The position numbers and the translations under genes are program-made. The notes beneath the pieces were generated by a model, which did no database searches, was not told the DNA's origin, and saw only the letters and a list, made by a program, of their open reading frames with translations. A stretch of DNA of 51,739 nucleotides, counting the filler, from Dimargaris cristalligena (taxonomy: Eukaryota), in NCBI GenBank assembly GCA_003614675.1. It is 3 parts of 3 records of this genome, joined end to end, with 100 filler letters (N's around TTAATTAATTAA, not from the genome) between each part and the next. Parts side by side here need not be neighbours in the genome. Positions count along the whole stretch, not along the records: positions 1 to 17,200 come from ML002816.1; 2 more parts are not named here. The stretch is one strand, 5' to 3'. Of this stretch, positions 1 through 12,465 are shown in pieces. How positions within the stretch are numbered: the first letter of the stretch is position 1; each line of letters begins with the position of its first letter.

Positions 1-125
1 AATCAGAGTTAGTGAGGGAAATCGGGAGTATCAGAGACTGAACGTGGAAGTACGGCGTAAAGCTCGCAGCGGGGAGACGGGGTGCCGGAGGGGGAGGGTT
101 ATAGAGTAAAAGGGGCTGGACATAC

Positions 126-180
126 CTTCAAGCAATCTAACAATGATGGAATCAATATCGGGGACGGAATCGTCGGCCAT
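126..180 (-). CDS. GLC7: First coding exon of protein phosphatase 1 catalytic subunit (PP1/Glc7-like); the gene continues beyond the left edge of the window
   Basis: Minus strand reads ATG...MADDSVPDIDSIIVRLLE + G|gtatgt. This matches the PP1 N-terminus (D-S-I-I-x-R-L-L-E-V) with a 55-nt first exon and a phase-1 intron after LLE. Only 18 codons are visible. Confidence 0.75.
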
Positions 181-2529
181 GTTCACGGTGAGTGGCTAGA
201 GAGTCCGAGTAGATGCAAGCGTAAGGGATTTGGTATAAGGTTTTAGTGGCTAGGTCCGAAGGGAGCGGAATTATAGAACAGGCGAAAAAAGAAGAAGCCA
301 ATCAAACTGCAGAAAGGTAGATGATAGGAACTAATGAGAGAAGAAAAAAAAAGTAAGTGTCTAGATCATTCAAGCACAGCGATGCTACGAAGTTGGGTAG
401 AAAAAATCACCACAACGATACAATAAGAGCTTTTAGGGTTAGAGGTCAGTTCAGTTTATCACTTTCACTCACTCTCTCTCACTCTTGGGATCTAATAATA
501 CTGGGCAACGAACTACAAGTCCCAACTACGAATTGAAAGCAAAAAAAAAATACTAGTGGGAAACCCAAGTAAGCAATACAAATCGATCCTGAAGTGCTGT
601 GGAGGGAATTGCAACTAAAAAACTATACAATGACAACCCTTTTGACAACAAAGCCCTGATACGAGGAGAAGCAGGGGTACTAGAATAGACCTCAGCCCAC
701 CACCCCGAGAGATGCCAGAGCTGCAGTAGTATACCAGGGGCCTCTGGAGGTCTAACAAGGGGAGGTGCACCTCGATGCGGTCACGAATGATGCCAAGAGA
801 GTGTCTGGATCAGCCCAGATGGCGGCGAAGTTTCCACCTTTCTTTCAACAAAGAATACCTTCCAAGGCGTGGGGGGCAGGGCCAGAGCCAGATGGAAGCC
901 ATTTTGGCGATCGTCGAGGTTAACCCTCTTCCCAAACCCAATGCAATAGAATTTACAAATAAAACTAGCTAGAGAGAGCGAGCCGGTGGTCGTGTATGAC
1001 GGACCTAGCAAGGGTCTAGCAGGCTCTGGAAATGCGGCTGCTAAGACGCAAAAAGGCATATAACGAGGAGCTAGGCGGTTGGAATCACGCTCAGAGCATA
1101 GTAAGACTAACGACGAAGACGGACTTGGCTAAAGGAAAGGGAGTAAAGCGGGCGTGTACCTTATAACGAGGACGAAAACGGTCAGACGAGGGGGATGATG
1201 GAAGTATGGCAGGAATTAAGTAACAATATAAGGAGATAAATATATATATTTATGTATATATATATATATTCAATAAACAATAGAAAGGAAAAGAAAGGAG
1301 ATGGTTGCAAGAGAATAACAGGAAAATAGCACAAAAGCAGGCAAGAAGAGAGTTAAAGAGCAGCGGGGTGTGTAACTAAACTGTTGGTGGTATTTCTTAC
1401 CCAGGATGGGTGGACGTATCCTCTTCCTCCTCCTATTCTTCCTCTCTGCGCTACGATAAAGACACCCTGGGTCTAAGTATATATGCGCATGTACTTAAGG
1501 TGTGTGGATAAGCCCAGTCTGGTGGATTATGGATTAATATCACCACATCTCCAGCACAAACAGCATTGACGACCAAACGCATAACAACTATATGCTACCA
1601 TCATAAATACTGCGCCAGGGGCGGTGCTGACTAGCAGTACCCTTCTTCCACCTCTTCTCTTTCTCTCTCTCATTCTCTTCTTATCCATTGAATGCATATG
1701 TTAGCCAAGATGCGCCGCTTATAGCTTTGCGCCTATACTGTTCGGCTTCCTTGACTAAAAAGACTGAGCTATATAATTTAAATGGTATTGTTTTACAGGT
1801 ATTACGATTAAATGGTGCTAAACCGATACATTGAACCCAAGGGTGTGTTACAAATGGGCTGGTGATTAAAACAGAGCCTTTTCGACACCCCCCTCCCCCT
1901 CCTTTACTATCATATTTATACTGCTCCCTGTTCCAAGTGTCCACAAGACCGGCGTCCGTATATCTGCAGTTAGCAAATCAAAACAATACCTTTCCCCAGT
2001 CTATCGTATCACCACCACCCACCACTACCACTCTCCCCTGTTGAAATATTCCCACTATAGGGAAGAGGGAGGGAAGGAAGGATGGAGGAAGTAGCACATT
2101 CTTACCCCAAAAACAACCCCCCCCCCTTCTCAATCTCTCTCGCTCTCAGCCCAGCCCTCTCACCTTTACCCCGCTTCATTAACCAGGGCCCCTGTCCAAG
2201 GTAAATTAGTATAATTAAGAGAGACTGTCTTCGATCTTCAGACAGCTCAATTTTCATGGATCAGACCGGTCACGCGAGGCCAATCAACTTTCTGTTTACT
2301 GGTTAATCGTCAACATTTTCCACATCTGACGAAGAATATGCTACCAAAGCGGACCTAAAAATGCCCTGTTGAATAACGGCCATAGCATATATATATAAAT
2401 AAATATAAATATATTCAAAAAGTTCACCAACCCAATTCGCCTACCTATACACCCCGCTATTTATTTCCCTCTCGAAAGAATCATCTATACAGTACCGGGT
2501 ATGGCCAGGCCGGCTTGGTCTCTCTCTCT

Positions 2530-4419
2530 CTAGGCCTGGGCGGCCGACGACTCCGCAATGAAGGCATCGTGGAGCGCATCCAAGCGGGCCACAATCAACT
2601 CCTCAATTTCCGCCGGAGGGTTACGGGTTAGTTCGGCATCCGTCAGGGTAATATCGAACTGGTCCGTCTTAGTGATCACCGTCACCGTGCGTTTACGCGT
2701 CGTGAGCAGATTGCCAATCACCACCTGATGTCCGTAGCGCATCAGGGCGAATTTGGCCTTGGAAATCAGCAGATTGGGGTCCGTTTCCAACTGCCCATTG
2801 GACCGGCGCAGTGTGTGTGTGTGTGTGTGGTTCAAACAATGGATGGGAAGGGACCCAATCCCTAGAGGGTTAGTTGATCAGATGGGTAGTAGATACACTG
2901 ATGGCTCTAAAATTCAGTCCCCCATTGAGGTGAGGCTGGGTCGGTTTTTTGAGGAGGGGGGTCAATTCCACAATATATATGCCCGGATTCGCCATGACAA
3001 TTAATTAAAAATCAACAATATCGGGGATATATGGCAGTACTTACTTTAAACGAGACAATAAAGCTGGTGGGTGCCCATTGATGCACCAGCGGGCGCAGGA
3101 ATTTGGGCACTTGGTCCATTGTAAGAGTCAACCCGCCATCCGCCGACTGAATCTTATGTTCAACCTGCAGTAGGTTGGCATCGGGTAAGCATGATCCGAA
3201 TAGAGTGAATACAAGTATAAAGCGGTTGTGGAGGTTGGTTAGTCGACTGTTTTTTTGTTCTTTTTCATTAGATACCGAGTAGAAGTTGGGACAAGGCGAC
3301 GGAAAAGAAATATATTTGACACTCAACAATGACCTGCATTATTCATAATACCAAATCGGTTCCCCTCTATTCAAACAATATCGGTATAGCACCAATGGTA
3401 TATACCGCTTGCAAGCATCTATAAATAGATGTACGATTACACTTACCATGCGCTGGGCCGGAATAAAGAAATCGCTGACGGCGGCCGCCAGGTAATACAT
3501 GGCCCGGGGTCCCAACACCGAGAGAGCTTTCGCCGCAGCGCGGAGATGGAATAGATAGTCCGTGAGGGTAGTAAACGTGATCATGAGAAGGGAGTTGCTC
3601 GCAATAGCCTATTATTATTATTATTATTATTATTTGACCCGGGGTATGCCATACCAAGTGGTACCGTGGTTATGGGTTAGTCAATACACTAAGCCTATCC
3701 GTTCCTAGCTTATCGAAATACCCGTCCATTGCATTCCGATTCAGTTCCCTATTCATTATCTATATGTATCGCATGTTCTCTCCACAAATATATCTATATA
3801 TATTCAAAGGCCCATAATCAACTTGGCAACTTACCTCCTGGTACCGCGCCAGTTGGGTGGCCATTTCCGCGGCATATTCCGGTTTGACTCGAGGCGGCTG
3901 CCCCGGTTCGGCACCCGGCACCAGATAATCCAACACACTCCCCTTGGCCTGGCCGAAATGGCGTGCAAACGGCTGCAAACTCCGTTCCCGGTACAGGAAA
4001 ATAACGGCATATCCCCGGACCAGGAAAAACTCCGCCGAAGCCGACCCCCGTGTTCCCGCACTGAAATTATCAATGAACCGAACGGTATTGTTTTCCAGAG
4101 GTACAATGGTACCACCACTGGTAACGAGCACGACCTTACGAGGAGAGGTGGTGGTGGTCCGTTGGGGTTGGGTTGGGGTTGGGGCTTGGTGATGGGCAAT
4201 AAAGGCGGCCAGTTGACGTTCGTGCTCGACTAGATGGGGAGGCGGTGGGTTGGACGTGAAATAGGTGTCGGGATCGATTTGTTCAAAGGGGTGACTTTCG
4301 AGCACGGAACTACAGCTGGTCGACGAGTCGGGGCGTTGGGAGGCTGGGTCCACATGCGTGTATAGGGACTGGGCGGAAGCATTAGCTTCGCTGGATCCCA
4401 GAGAGGACGGGGGGTCCAT
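2530..4419 (-). CDS. CAB2: Phosphopantothenate-cysteine ligase (CoA biosynthesis, CAB2/PPCS), 4 exons: 4419-3835, 3608-3447, 3164-3045, 2790-2530; about 375 aa
   Basis: Motifs [64 protein letters not shown] and HQVVIGNLL. All three introns are GTAAGT...YAG, phase 0. Confidence 0.93.
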
Positions 4420-5887
4420 GGTGACTGGGTATGTATGGCACAAGTGGGTGTGGGGGATGGAGGACAAGTTGTGGTGTGGGGTTGAGTTGAGTTGTGGAAT
4501 GTGAGAGTTATGAGGGTTGGGTCAGTAATATAAGACGGGTTTCGAATGGAGGTGTGGAATGGAGAGTTATACAAGAAGGCCAGCGGGGTTTTCGTTGGGG
4601 GAGGGGGGGGTTCGAAAAGAGGTCGCTTGTCCTCAGGCGAGTTTCGTCTAAAGGGTAATAAATGCTACAAGGGGTACGGCCAACGGCAGAGACTGAGACT
4701 GACCCTCCCTTGGTTATCTATTTAGAGAGCCCACCATGTGACAGCAATGTAGCAGTGCAGTACAGTACAATGTAGATAGTAGTTGATCACTCCCTCACCT
4801 CCTCCTTTCGTCTAGCTCCCCCTCCTCTTTGCTCAGATAAACTGAGTCTAACTGTCCCCCACCCCCCTCACATTGAAGGAGGCACCAAAACCAAGTCACA
4901 ATTAATTGATCCAATCAGTTTAGCGTAGAGCTATGATAACCCCACTTGTTCCTATTAGTATTGCCCAGATCCATGCAATTTGACCTTGTTAATAACAACA
5001 CTAACCGCTTCCTGCCCTCAAATTACGGTAGTGCACTCAATCAGTCTCAGTTAATACATCAATAATAGGCCCCGCATGATCGAATGTTATAGCGTAATAG
5101 TCGGGATTGTCCATTCCGTAAATTCCGCAGATGTGCGTTCTACCGCAGACTACAGTTATTTATATAGGCTGGTTTCCGGATTGGATAAATAACAGAGTCT
5201 CTCGATTGGGAGTCCCTAATAATATGAACCTTATTGATTTGGGTTTATCGAAAGTAACCCAAGCCCCCCCCCAATATATATATATATATATATATATCCT
5301 AGGCGGGGAAATGCTATGCAGGGATGGTGAGAGTATAAAGTAGAACGGCGAACAGAATGTCCTATTTTTATATAATATATAATCTAGTGAAACGACCCAC
5401 TATGCGATAAAGCGCGCACAGGGCATCGAAGGAGAAAGGGCGAGGAGGGTTGGTTAGCTGATAAATGGGGCAACAGACATGTCACGGAGCTAAAGTATTG
5501 GAGTTATTCACCTTGAAAAAAAAGAATATATATTTAATAGCCAGCCTAGTAAAAAGGGTCCGGTGAACCTTAACCCTCGCGCGACCAAGATAATTGACCC
5601 GATGCGCTGGTACACCAGTCCCCTCCAACTATGCCAGACTAAGGAAGCCCCACACTAACCCCGGCTTCTAATATCGCTAAATTGGAACAATATTCCATAA
5701 AAATAAACATTGCTGCAGACAGAGTTGGGAGAGGAGGGGAGGATGGAGTATTTAAATATCATTGGGAGGCTAGACTCAAAAAATTAAAAATGAAATAAAC
5801 AAACAAAAAAATATTGTAAACTTCCGATCATGAATGAAGAAACCCCAATTGATCTAACCATATATATATATATATATATATACTTAT

Positions 5888-7261
5888 TTAAAGCGAGTTG
5901 ATGCGGGGGAAAAGAGCGACATTACCGACACCCACGGCAGTCGGCTTAGCCTTGAGCAGAGTTTCGGCGGCCGCCTGGATGTTCTGGGCGGACACAGCGT
6001 CGAGGGTGGCCAAAGTTTCCTGGAGGGAAGTGGTGGAAGGGGAACCGTTGAAGACCAAGTTCTGGAGTTCAGCGGCCTGACCAGCGCTAGTTTCGGCGGC
6101 CAAAGCGGCGGCGGCCTTAGCCTGGTTCACGGCGCGCTGGAGTTGTTCCGCGGCGGGGGCCTGGCTAGCGACTTCCTGGAGGGCATGGGCAGCGGCTTGG
6201 GCGGCCTGGGCCACATCGGCGCCGGTGGGGGCCCGCACCTGGATACCGAACAGACCGGCGTCGCTGTAGGTGAACTGGAAGGGGTGCAGTTGCACGCCAC
6301 CGTGGCCCAAGGCCGCCGCAGCTTGGGCGAGGCGGGACTGACCGGTTCCCCACTTGACGTAACGCGAACCCCCCAGGAGGTGACCGAGGATCCGGCTCGC
6401 GGCTACCCCGCTGGGGTTATCCAGACCGGCGGACGGGTAGGCCATCGCGTATTGGGCATCACCCCCGGCGGGACCGTCGAAGAGAGCCTCGCCTCCGGTA
6501 TACTGGGAAGCGCTGGTATCGGCCAAAGTCGAAGTAGAGGCCGGAGTAGTGATCCGTTCAGTCAACAATTCGTGACCCAATTCGGCAAGTTGGGCGTGAT
6601 CCACATTCACACCAACCAGACCTAAACGGGTGGGCTGGAACACCTGCTGGGCGAAATCGATCAGTTTCTTCTGGGTCACCTGGTTGTTAGCGCGGGCGTA
6701 TAGGGAGTTACCCAACCCTTGGCTATGGAACGCCACGCGGTGGAGCTCGTCGAACAGACGGATTTCACTGTCGGCTTGGGCGGCCAGGGTTTCGGCCTGG
6801 ATGATGGGCTGGGCATCGAGGAATTCGTAGTCGGTGTACCGGGTTTCCAGAGCCACGCTAGCCAGCAGTTGGGTGAAGTACGGGACGTCGGCCGCCAGGC
6901 AACGCACGGTGTAAATCTGGTAGTCCCGGTCCAGCGTAGCGGTCAATTGGCCCCCTTGCAGTTCCGTTTCCCGGATGGTGCGGAAAGCGGTACGGCTCTG
7001 GGTGTTCTTAAAAGCGAAATGCTTCAGGAAGTGGGCCACCCCGCTGTTGGCTGCGGTTTCGTAACGGGAGCCGCCCTTGACCACCAGGGACAGGGTGGAA
7101 GCGGAGGAAGAGGAAGAAGAAGCAGTGCCCGCGGCGGTGGCAATACGCAGACCTTGGCCGACCTGGCTCACCTGAAGGGGAGCGGAGGAGACGGCGGTGG
7201 CCAGGGAACGGCGGGCTTGGGAGGCGAGGGCCTTCTGGGGACGAATGGAAGCGCGGAGCAT
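5888..7261 (-). CDS. QCR2: Cytochrome bc1 complex core subunit 2 (M16 peptidase-like), single exon, 457 aa
   Basis: Arg/Ser/Ala-rich mitochondrial presequence. GGSRYE...GVAHFLKHFAFKNTQSRTAFRTIRETELQGG lacks HxxEH, so it is catalytically inactive. Also GLGNSLY, YSDAGLFG and C-terminal KPTAVGVGNV. Confidence 0.9.
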   Translation of the reverse strand: MLRASIRPQKALASQARRSLATAVSSAPLQVSQVGQGLRIATAAGTASSSSSSASTLSLVVKGGSRYETAANSGVAHFLKHFAFKNTQSRTAFRTIRETELQGGQLTATLDRDYQIYTVRCLAADVPYFTQLLASVALETRYTDYEFLDAQPIIQAETLAAQADSEIRLFDELHRVAFHSQGLGNSLYARANNQVTQKKLIDFAQQVFQPTRLGLVGVNVDHAQLAELGHELLTERITTPASTSTLADTSASQYTGGEALFDGPAGGDAQYAMAYPSAGLDNPSGVAASRILGHLLGGSRYVKWGTGQSRLAQAAAALGHGGVQLHPFQFTYSDAGLFGIQVRAPTGADVAQAAQAAAHALQEVASQAPAAEQLQRAVNQAKAAAALAAETSAGQAAELQNLVFNGSPSTTSLQETLATLDAVSAQNIQAAAETLLKAKPTAVGVGNVALFPRINSL

Positions 7262-10200
7262 AGTGTGAAGTGTCTAAAATAGGGGGTGGGGTGGGAGTAA
7301 GTAAGTGGGTAAGAGAGGGGGGGTTCTATAGGGTACGGCGTAGGACAAAATAGCAAGGTGGATAAATATTGGGGAGATCGGGGTTAGGAAGTGGACTCGC
7401 TTGTGGAGGGTAAGGATTCCAAAGGTAATAGCTCTGTGGTATTCGAGACAATATAGAGCTATATGGTATAGTAGTGGTTGGAATCCAAATGAGAGAGTGA
7501 GAGAGAAGACAGTCAATGCTTGGGGTGGGGCTGGATCAGAGTGGAATCCTGGGGTGAGACGAGCTGGTTTTAGTAACTTACGGCAATGTGTCCAAACCGT
7601 GGTCGCTGGGTCGCGATAGTCAAGTGACGGGGTATATAGAAAGGGAGAAATGAATAAAGCAATGGAATTAAAAGGATGGATGGAGAGTCGACCAAGACTG
7701 TGCCGGATAGTAAGAGAGCTACAGAGAATGATTCGTGGAATCGCGCCAGCCAGTGGAGGAGTAGTACGCTTCGGCATAGAGTGAGTGACACCTCCCTCCC
7801 GGCAGTCTCCCCGCACACACACACATAGTAATACACCCACCACGTAGAAGTAGCCCGGAGGTGGTGGTTGGTTGGCTTGGGGTTGGGGTAGCCTAAGCCA
7901 GGTAGACAGATATATAGGAGTAATGATGAACTTATTAACTGATGTTCCAGCCTATTCCTCTCTATCCCCCCCCTACACAATATGACTAAGTCGAGCCAGC
8001 AATTGCCCGATAATTGACTTGGGTATCTACTCCATATCTACCGTACCTCGGCTTTCAGCGACTGCAGGAATTATAGGTGATGACAATTCAATAGCGAATA
8101 CCACAGCCAACATTTAGGATCGGTGGAGAGGGGGTATCGGGTGTACGTGGCAGTCCTCCCCCCCTCACCCCAACGAAATAATATAAACCACCCATCCAGT
8201 CTAATGGCAGAGCCTACCAACTTTATTAAAACCCCCCATTGAACATCTCCCAAGAAACTGTGGGTGAACGGGGGGGAGGGTCTAGACAGCATATATAACA
8301 TCACGTGACTATACTACTTGAACCCATAAAGTCCCGTGATCTCTACTGTATCCTCTCCACCCTAATCCTCCCCTCCCCCATTTTCTTCAAGTCTGTGGAA
8401 TAATGGGGAGACGAGGGCCAATCCTATTGCAACAGCCAATAACAATCCACACCATCACACTTGTTCACTGCTTATCCTAACCCCACCACTATATACCAAT
8501 TATAACTCCAAAGGCCTCCCAAAAAAAATAATATGAGTGGCTTGAAAAAATAAGGCCAAGGGAGGAAGACTTCACCATCTATAATATATTACTCCAATCC
8601 CATAATGGCCCCTCAAGTGTTCCTCATTGGAATATATAAACCCGTCTGGACCCCGCTTACGAAAGTTTCTTTAGACAGATCCCGATTCAGCTAATTACCC
8701 TTGACGATGGTAAAGCCAATTCGTGTCGAATAGACTAGTTTTTTTTAGTATTACTAAAAAGATTAGTTTATTCGGCAACTAGCGTTGGCTACGCCGTCTA
8801 TTAGCATCACTTTCTGAGTCGGTAAGACTAATGACCAGCTGGGCAGCGTCGCTTCTCGGATACGGCACTTGTAATGCCGTTTCTGTATATAGTTTCAGAT
8901 GCAATCAAACAGAAGGCGACATTTTTAATACAATTACTCTTTTTCTAATCATTAACAAAAACCATCAGAGGCTAATGCCAATACAACATTTCATCATCAG
9001 TATGCTAGTGCGAGAAAAACCAAGGTAGAGCAATACCCCAATTTTCGGCTCTCGTAAGAGCACCAATTCTGTATATTACCCGGTGGGTCTGAAAGGGAAA
9101 TTACAATCCCTTTAACATATACTATGCCGTAATTCAATATTTAACAACAGCTATTTCCAATTCTCGACTCCCAAACATCTGTACTATACCCAGCTTCCAT
9201 CCACACTCCGCCGCATTGGAATCTGTTCCTAAAACTAGACAAAACATTATGTAATTATAGTCGACTCACCGGTGGCCAATTTGACCACGTAGACCGATAC
9301 TTTATTGTTCTCGCGATTACAATCCACATACAATTTGGTAAATTTATAACTTCATTGCCACTGAATGCTCCAAGCATTCACACATACACAGCCGAAGAGC
9401 AGCATAATCACACTGGTTGAAGCAAACAATAAATGTTTAGGGAATAAAAAATACTAGGGCGGTAGTAGAATAATAAACGTGACTATAATATGGGGGAGGA
9501 ATAGTAAAGTGAAGCAAAGTTGGGACGTGGTGTGGGGTATATGGTAGTCAGATATAAAAGGGGTAAGTAGAGGTAGGAGGGATACGAACAATATAAATTA
9601 CCGCTCATAGTGCAAAGTTACAGAGGAACAGTATCGGGCATAATTAATTATTGTACCAACAGCATAATAAGGAACTAAGGAAGAGTAGAAATGATAAGTG
9701 AGTAAAGAACCAGTAAAGTTTAGATATAAAAGAATTGAGAAAGTGATGATCAATAGAAGTAGACAAACACGTCGGGCATCAGTTATTCAACATAAATGGT
9801 TTGGGAAAAAGGACCCGCGCGGGAAAAGAACGCAAGCCAAACTGTCGTAATACGTGCCCAGAGGCTGTACATTCTACAGGATTAGCGTCAAATCTGGAAC
9901 TGTCCGTGAAAAAGAGAAAAGGGGAATTGGGATGTTGTGATACAGCTGAATGCAATAGTCTTAATTCACAGACCAAGCAAAGAGTCGGGTCAGGAATGAA
10001 AAAAAACCAACAAAACCGAACTAACTGAAAAGCCAATAAATGTGGTTAATTAAGTAAAGGTTGGGGGAGGGGGAGGCGCTGGTTGAATGGTGGGCAAGGG
10101 GGGAAACCGGAGGGGTTGGGCTGTCTGCCAATCAGTTAGGATTTCATGGGAGAATGTGATAAGGGATGTTCATAACATTAAGGTACAAACCAGGGGGAAG

Positions 10201-10433
10201 AGGGTAATTTCACCAACCGGACACAGCAATCACTCAAGCTCAACCCAAATATTATAGGGTATACTTCATGAGGCGGTAATAATTAAATGAGAACACAGAG
10301 ACAGTGGGCCCCTTTTTGTCATGGAAATTAAACATCCGGGTGAAAAGATACCCTGGAACAAGCTGAGCCAACTGATCCGTAAATTCAAGCACAACCTCGC
10401 CCACTAACTACCACCCAAACTGCCCAGACCAAA

Positions 10434-12465
10434 TTATAGGATTTGACAGACGCCCCGCTTCTTCTTCTTCTTGTCCTTCTTTGTGGTGGTGTTGCGGTGG
10501 TTTACTCCCTGGGGATCGCGGCTGGCTCGGATCAGTCGTACTACCGTGTAGAAGGCCTTTTCCACGTTAACACACGTCTTGGCCGACGATTCAACAAACT
10601 CGCAACTGAGGCGCTTGGCCATGGCGAGACCCTCCTCCCGAGAGACCTCTCGTTCGTGGACCTTGTCGCATTTGTTACCGACCAGCATTAATGGCACGTT
10701 GTCGGTATCCTTAACTCGGGTGATCTGGTCGCGGAATCGCTGGACACGTTCAAAGGTGGACCGGGCGGCAATGGAATAGACTAACAAGAACCCTTCGCCA
10801 TCCCTATTGAACCAGATTATAATCAAGGGGAGTGATGCGGTATATTGATAAACGCCAAAGGGAGGGGGGGTTAGTGACTGTTACGGAGCTCTAGTGACAG
10901 GGTCATAATATATTGGCTGTATTATCTCACACCCACTCTCTGAGGGTTACTCAAACAGATGGGTAGGTGGCTAAATTCCCACAGGCCAGCATAGTATATA
11001 TTGAACAGGCCATCAAACACCATTATTGAAACAGGGCAACCTACCGAATCCATTGGTCACGAAGCGCGGTGTATTCCTCTAAACAATAGTACATGGTATG
11101 GGTAATAATAATAATAATAATGTTGCGATACATATTAGTGATTGGCTGGGCAAATTGAAGAATTAAACGGCGTCAAATAGAGGATACCATATTATATAGT
11201 ACAATAGAGCTATAATACCAACCTTGGCCGGCGGTATCCAATACTTCTAGCACACAGGGTTGTTCATCGATTACAACCTGTTTGCGGTAGGAATCCTCAA
11301 TGGTCGGATCGTAGGTCTATAGCATGGTTGGGTAGGTAGTGTAATAAGATAATAAAATTGAAAATACTTAGGAAGTCGGTTTAGCACTATTTCAGCAGGG
11401 AAATCTAGGGGAGTCCCCTTCGGTTTCGAGAGAAATGATCTTCTAACACGGGGAAGGTTGGTAAGTACCCGATAAATTAAAGTTGGAAAAGTGGCATTTG
11501 ACGACCACGGAAAGCTCCATTACTTACCTCTGAATTATGTGATTAAATTGGTTTTTGGAAGAAACAAATGGTGGTGAATGGGGCATACATGACATTAGTG
11601 TTCCACATCCATAAGCAAATGCCAATTACCAGCCATCTGAATATTCCACAAAGGGGAAGTGGGGGAAATAAGCTGACAGTCCTTAATCACACGTAAACGG
11701 GATTTCCGGATGGGTTCGGGTTGTATTTACAACCGGCTCTTCACATTGGTCGGTTGGAGGGTGCTGATTGCTGGGAGGATCAGCCCTAATTGATCGTCCT
11801 GGCGAGAAGCTCGTAGGTTGCCATGATAATGATAATAGGCGAAGTTGGAAGAAAATGGGGGAACGGTATAGGGACGGACAAGTACTTACCTACGAAATGG
11901 TTCAAACAAAGCTAACGGGGCGTAAGGAGGAGTGATAGCGACAGCCGTTTGGGACATAATAATAATGGTGGTTAATAGATAAATGTGGTCTTATGGGCCA
12001 AAGCCATATTGAAGGCGGACGGTATACGGGAGTTTTGGCCCCTCCCCCTTCTTCACCTGGGAAGGCGGAGAAGTGTATACACCGAGAGGGGTAAATCTAT
12101 AGAGACTAAGCCATTAAAAGGTTGGTGCAGTCGATTAATTATGTGATGCGTACCTGGATAGTGAGGGCGGTCTGCGTTAGCGCAAGGATGAGTAGGCAAT
12201 AGACAAACAAAATCAGGAATAATATTCCGTTAATAAGCGGAAAGGGACGATATGTGTAGGGAGGACAGTGAGCAATATTTGGATAAATCGGCCGTATTGG
12301 TGGTGGCGCCCTATATGCATAAACGAAGTTGCATATATGCTCTATATGTATCCCAAGCCTAAGGGGTGAATATGAGGTATGCCCCAAGCCCGACCCTGGC
12401 GTCTGGGGGAAACTTACTTTACCAACACCACCATCACCGAGAACGACTAATTTATACAGTCTCAT
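10434..12465 (-). CDS. RAS2: Ras GTPase of the fungal Ras2/RasB type, 7 exons: 12465-12418, 12171-12154, 11911-11890, 11529-11528, 11316-11223, 11078-11045, 10803-10434; 195 aa
   Basis: Spliced product [43 protein letters not shown]...DTAGQEEY...NKCD...ESSAK..., ending in polybasic KKDKKKKKR and CAAX box CQIL. Exon lengths 48+18+22+2+94+34+370 = 588 nt, and all introns are GT-AG. Confidence 0.93.

Noticed and set aside
181-2400. Short ORFs upstream of the PP1 exon
   Set aside because: Low-complexity purine/pyrimidine-skewed leader or promoter sequence with no conserved motifs.
1240-5882. Several (TA)n, (GT)n and (ATT)n microsatellites
   Set aside because: Ordinary simple repeats in introns and intergenic DNA.
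5898-7282. Long plus-strand ORFs antisense to QCR2 (likewise over CAB2, the peroxiredoxin, the cyclin and the 45.5-kb gene)
   Set aside because: Shadow ORFs expected from GC-rich codon bias, with no recognisable domains.
8300-8309. ATCACGTGAC (Cbf1/CLEAR-like site) about 1 kb upstream of QCR2
   Set aside because: A single distant site that cannot be distinguished from chance.
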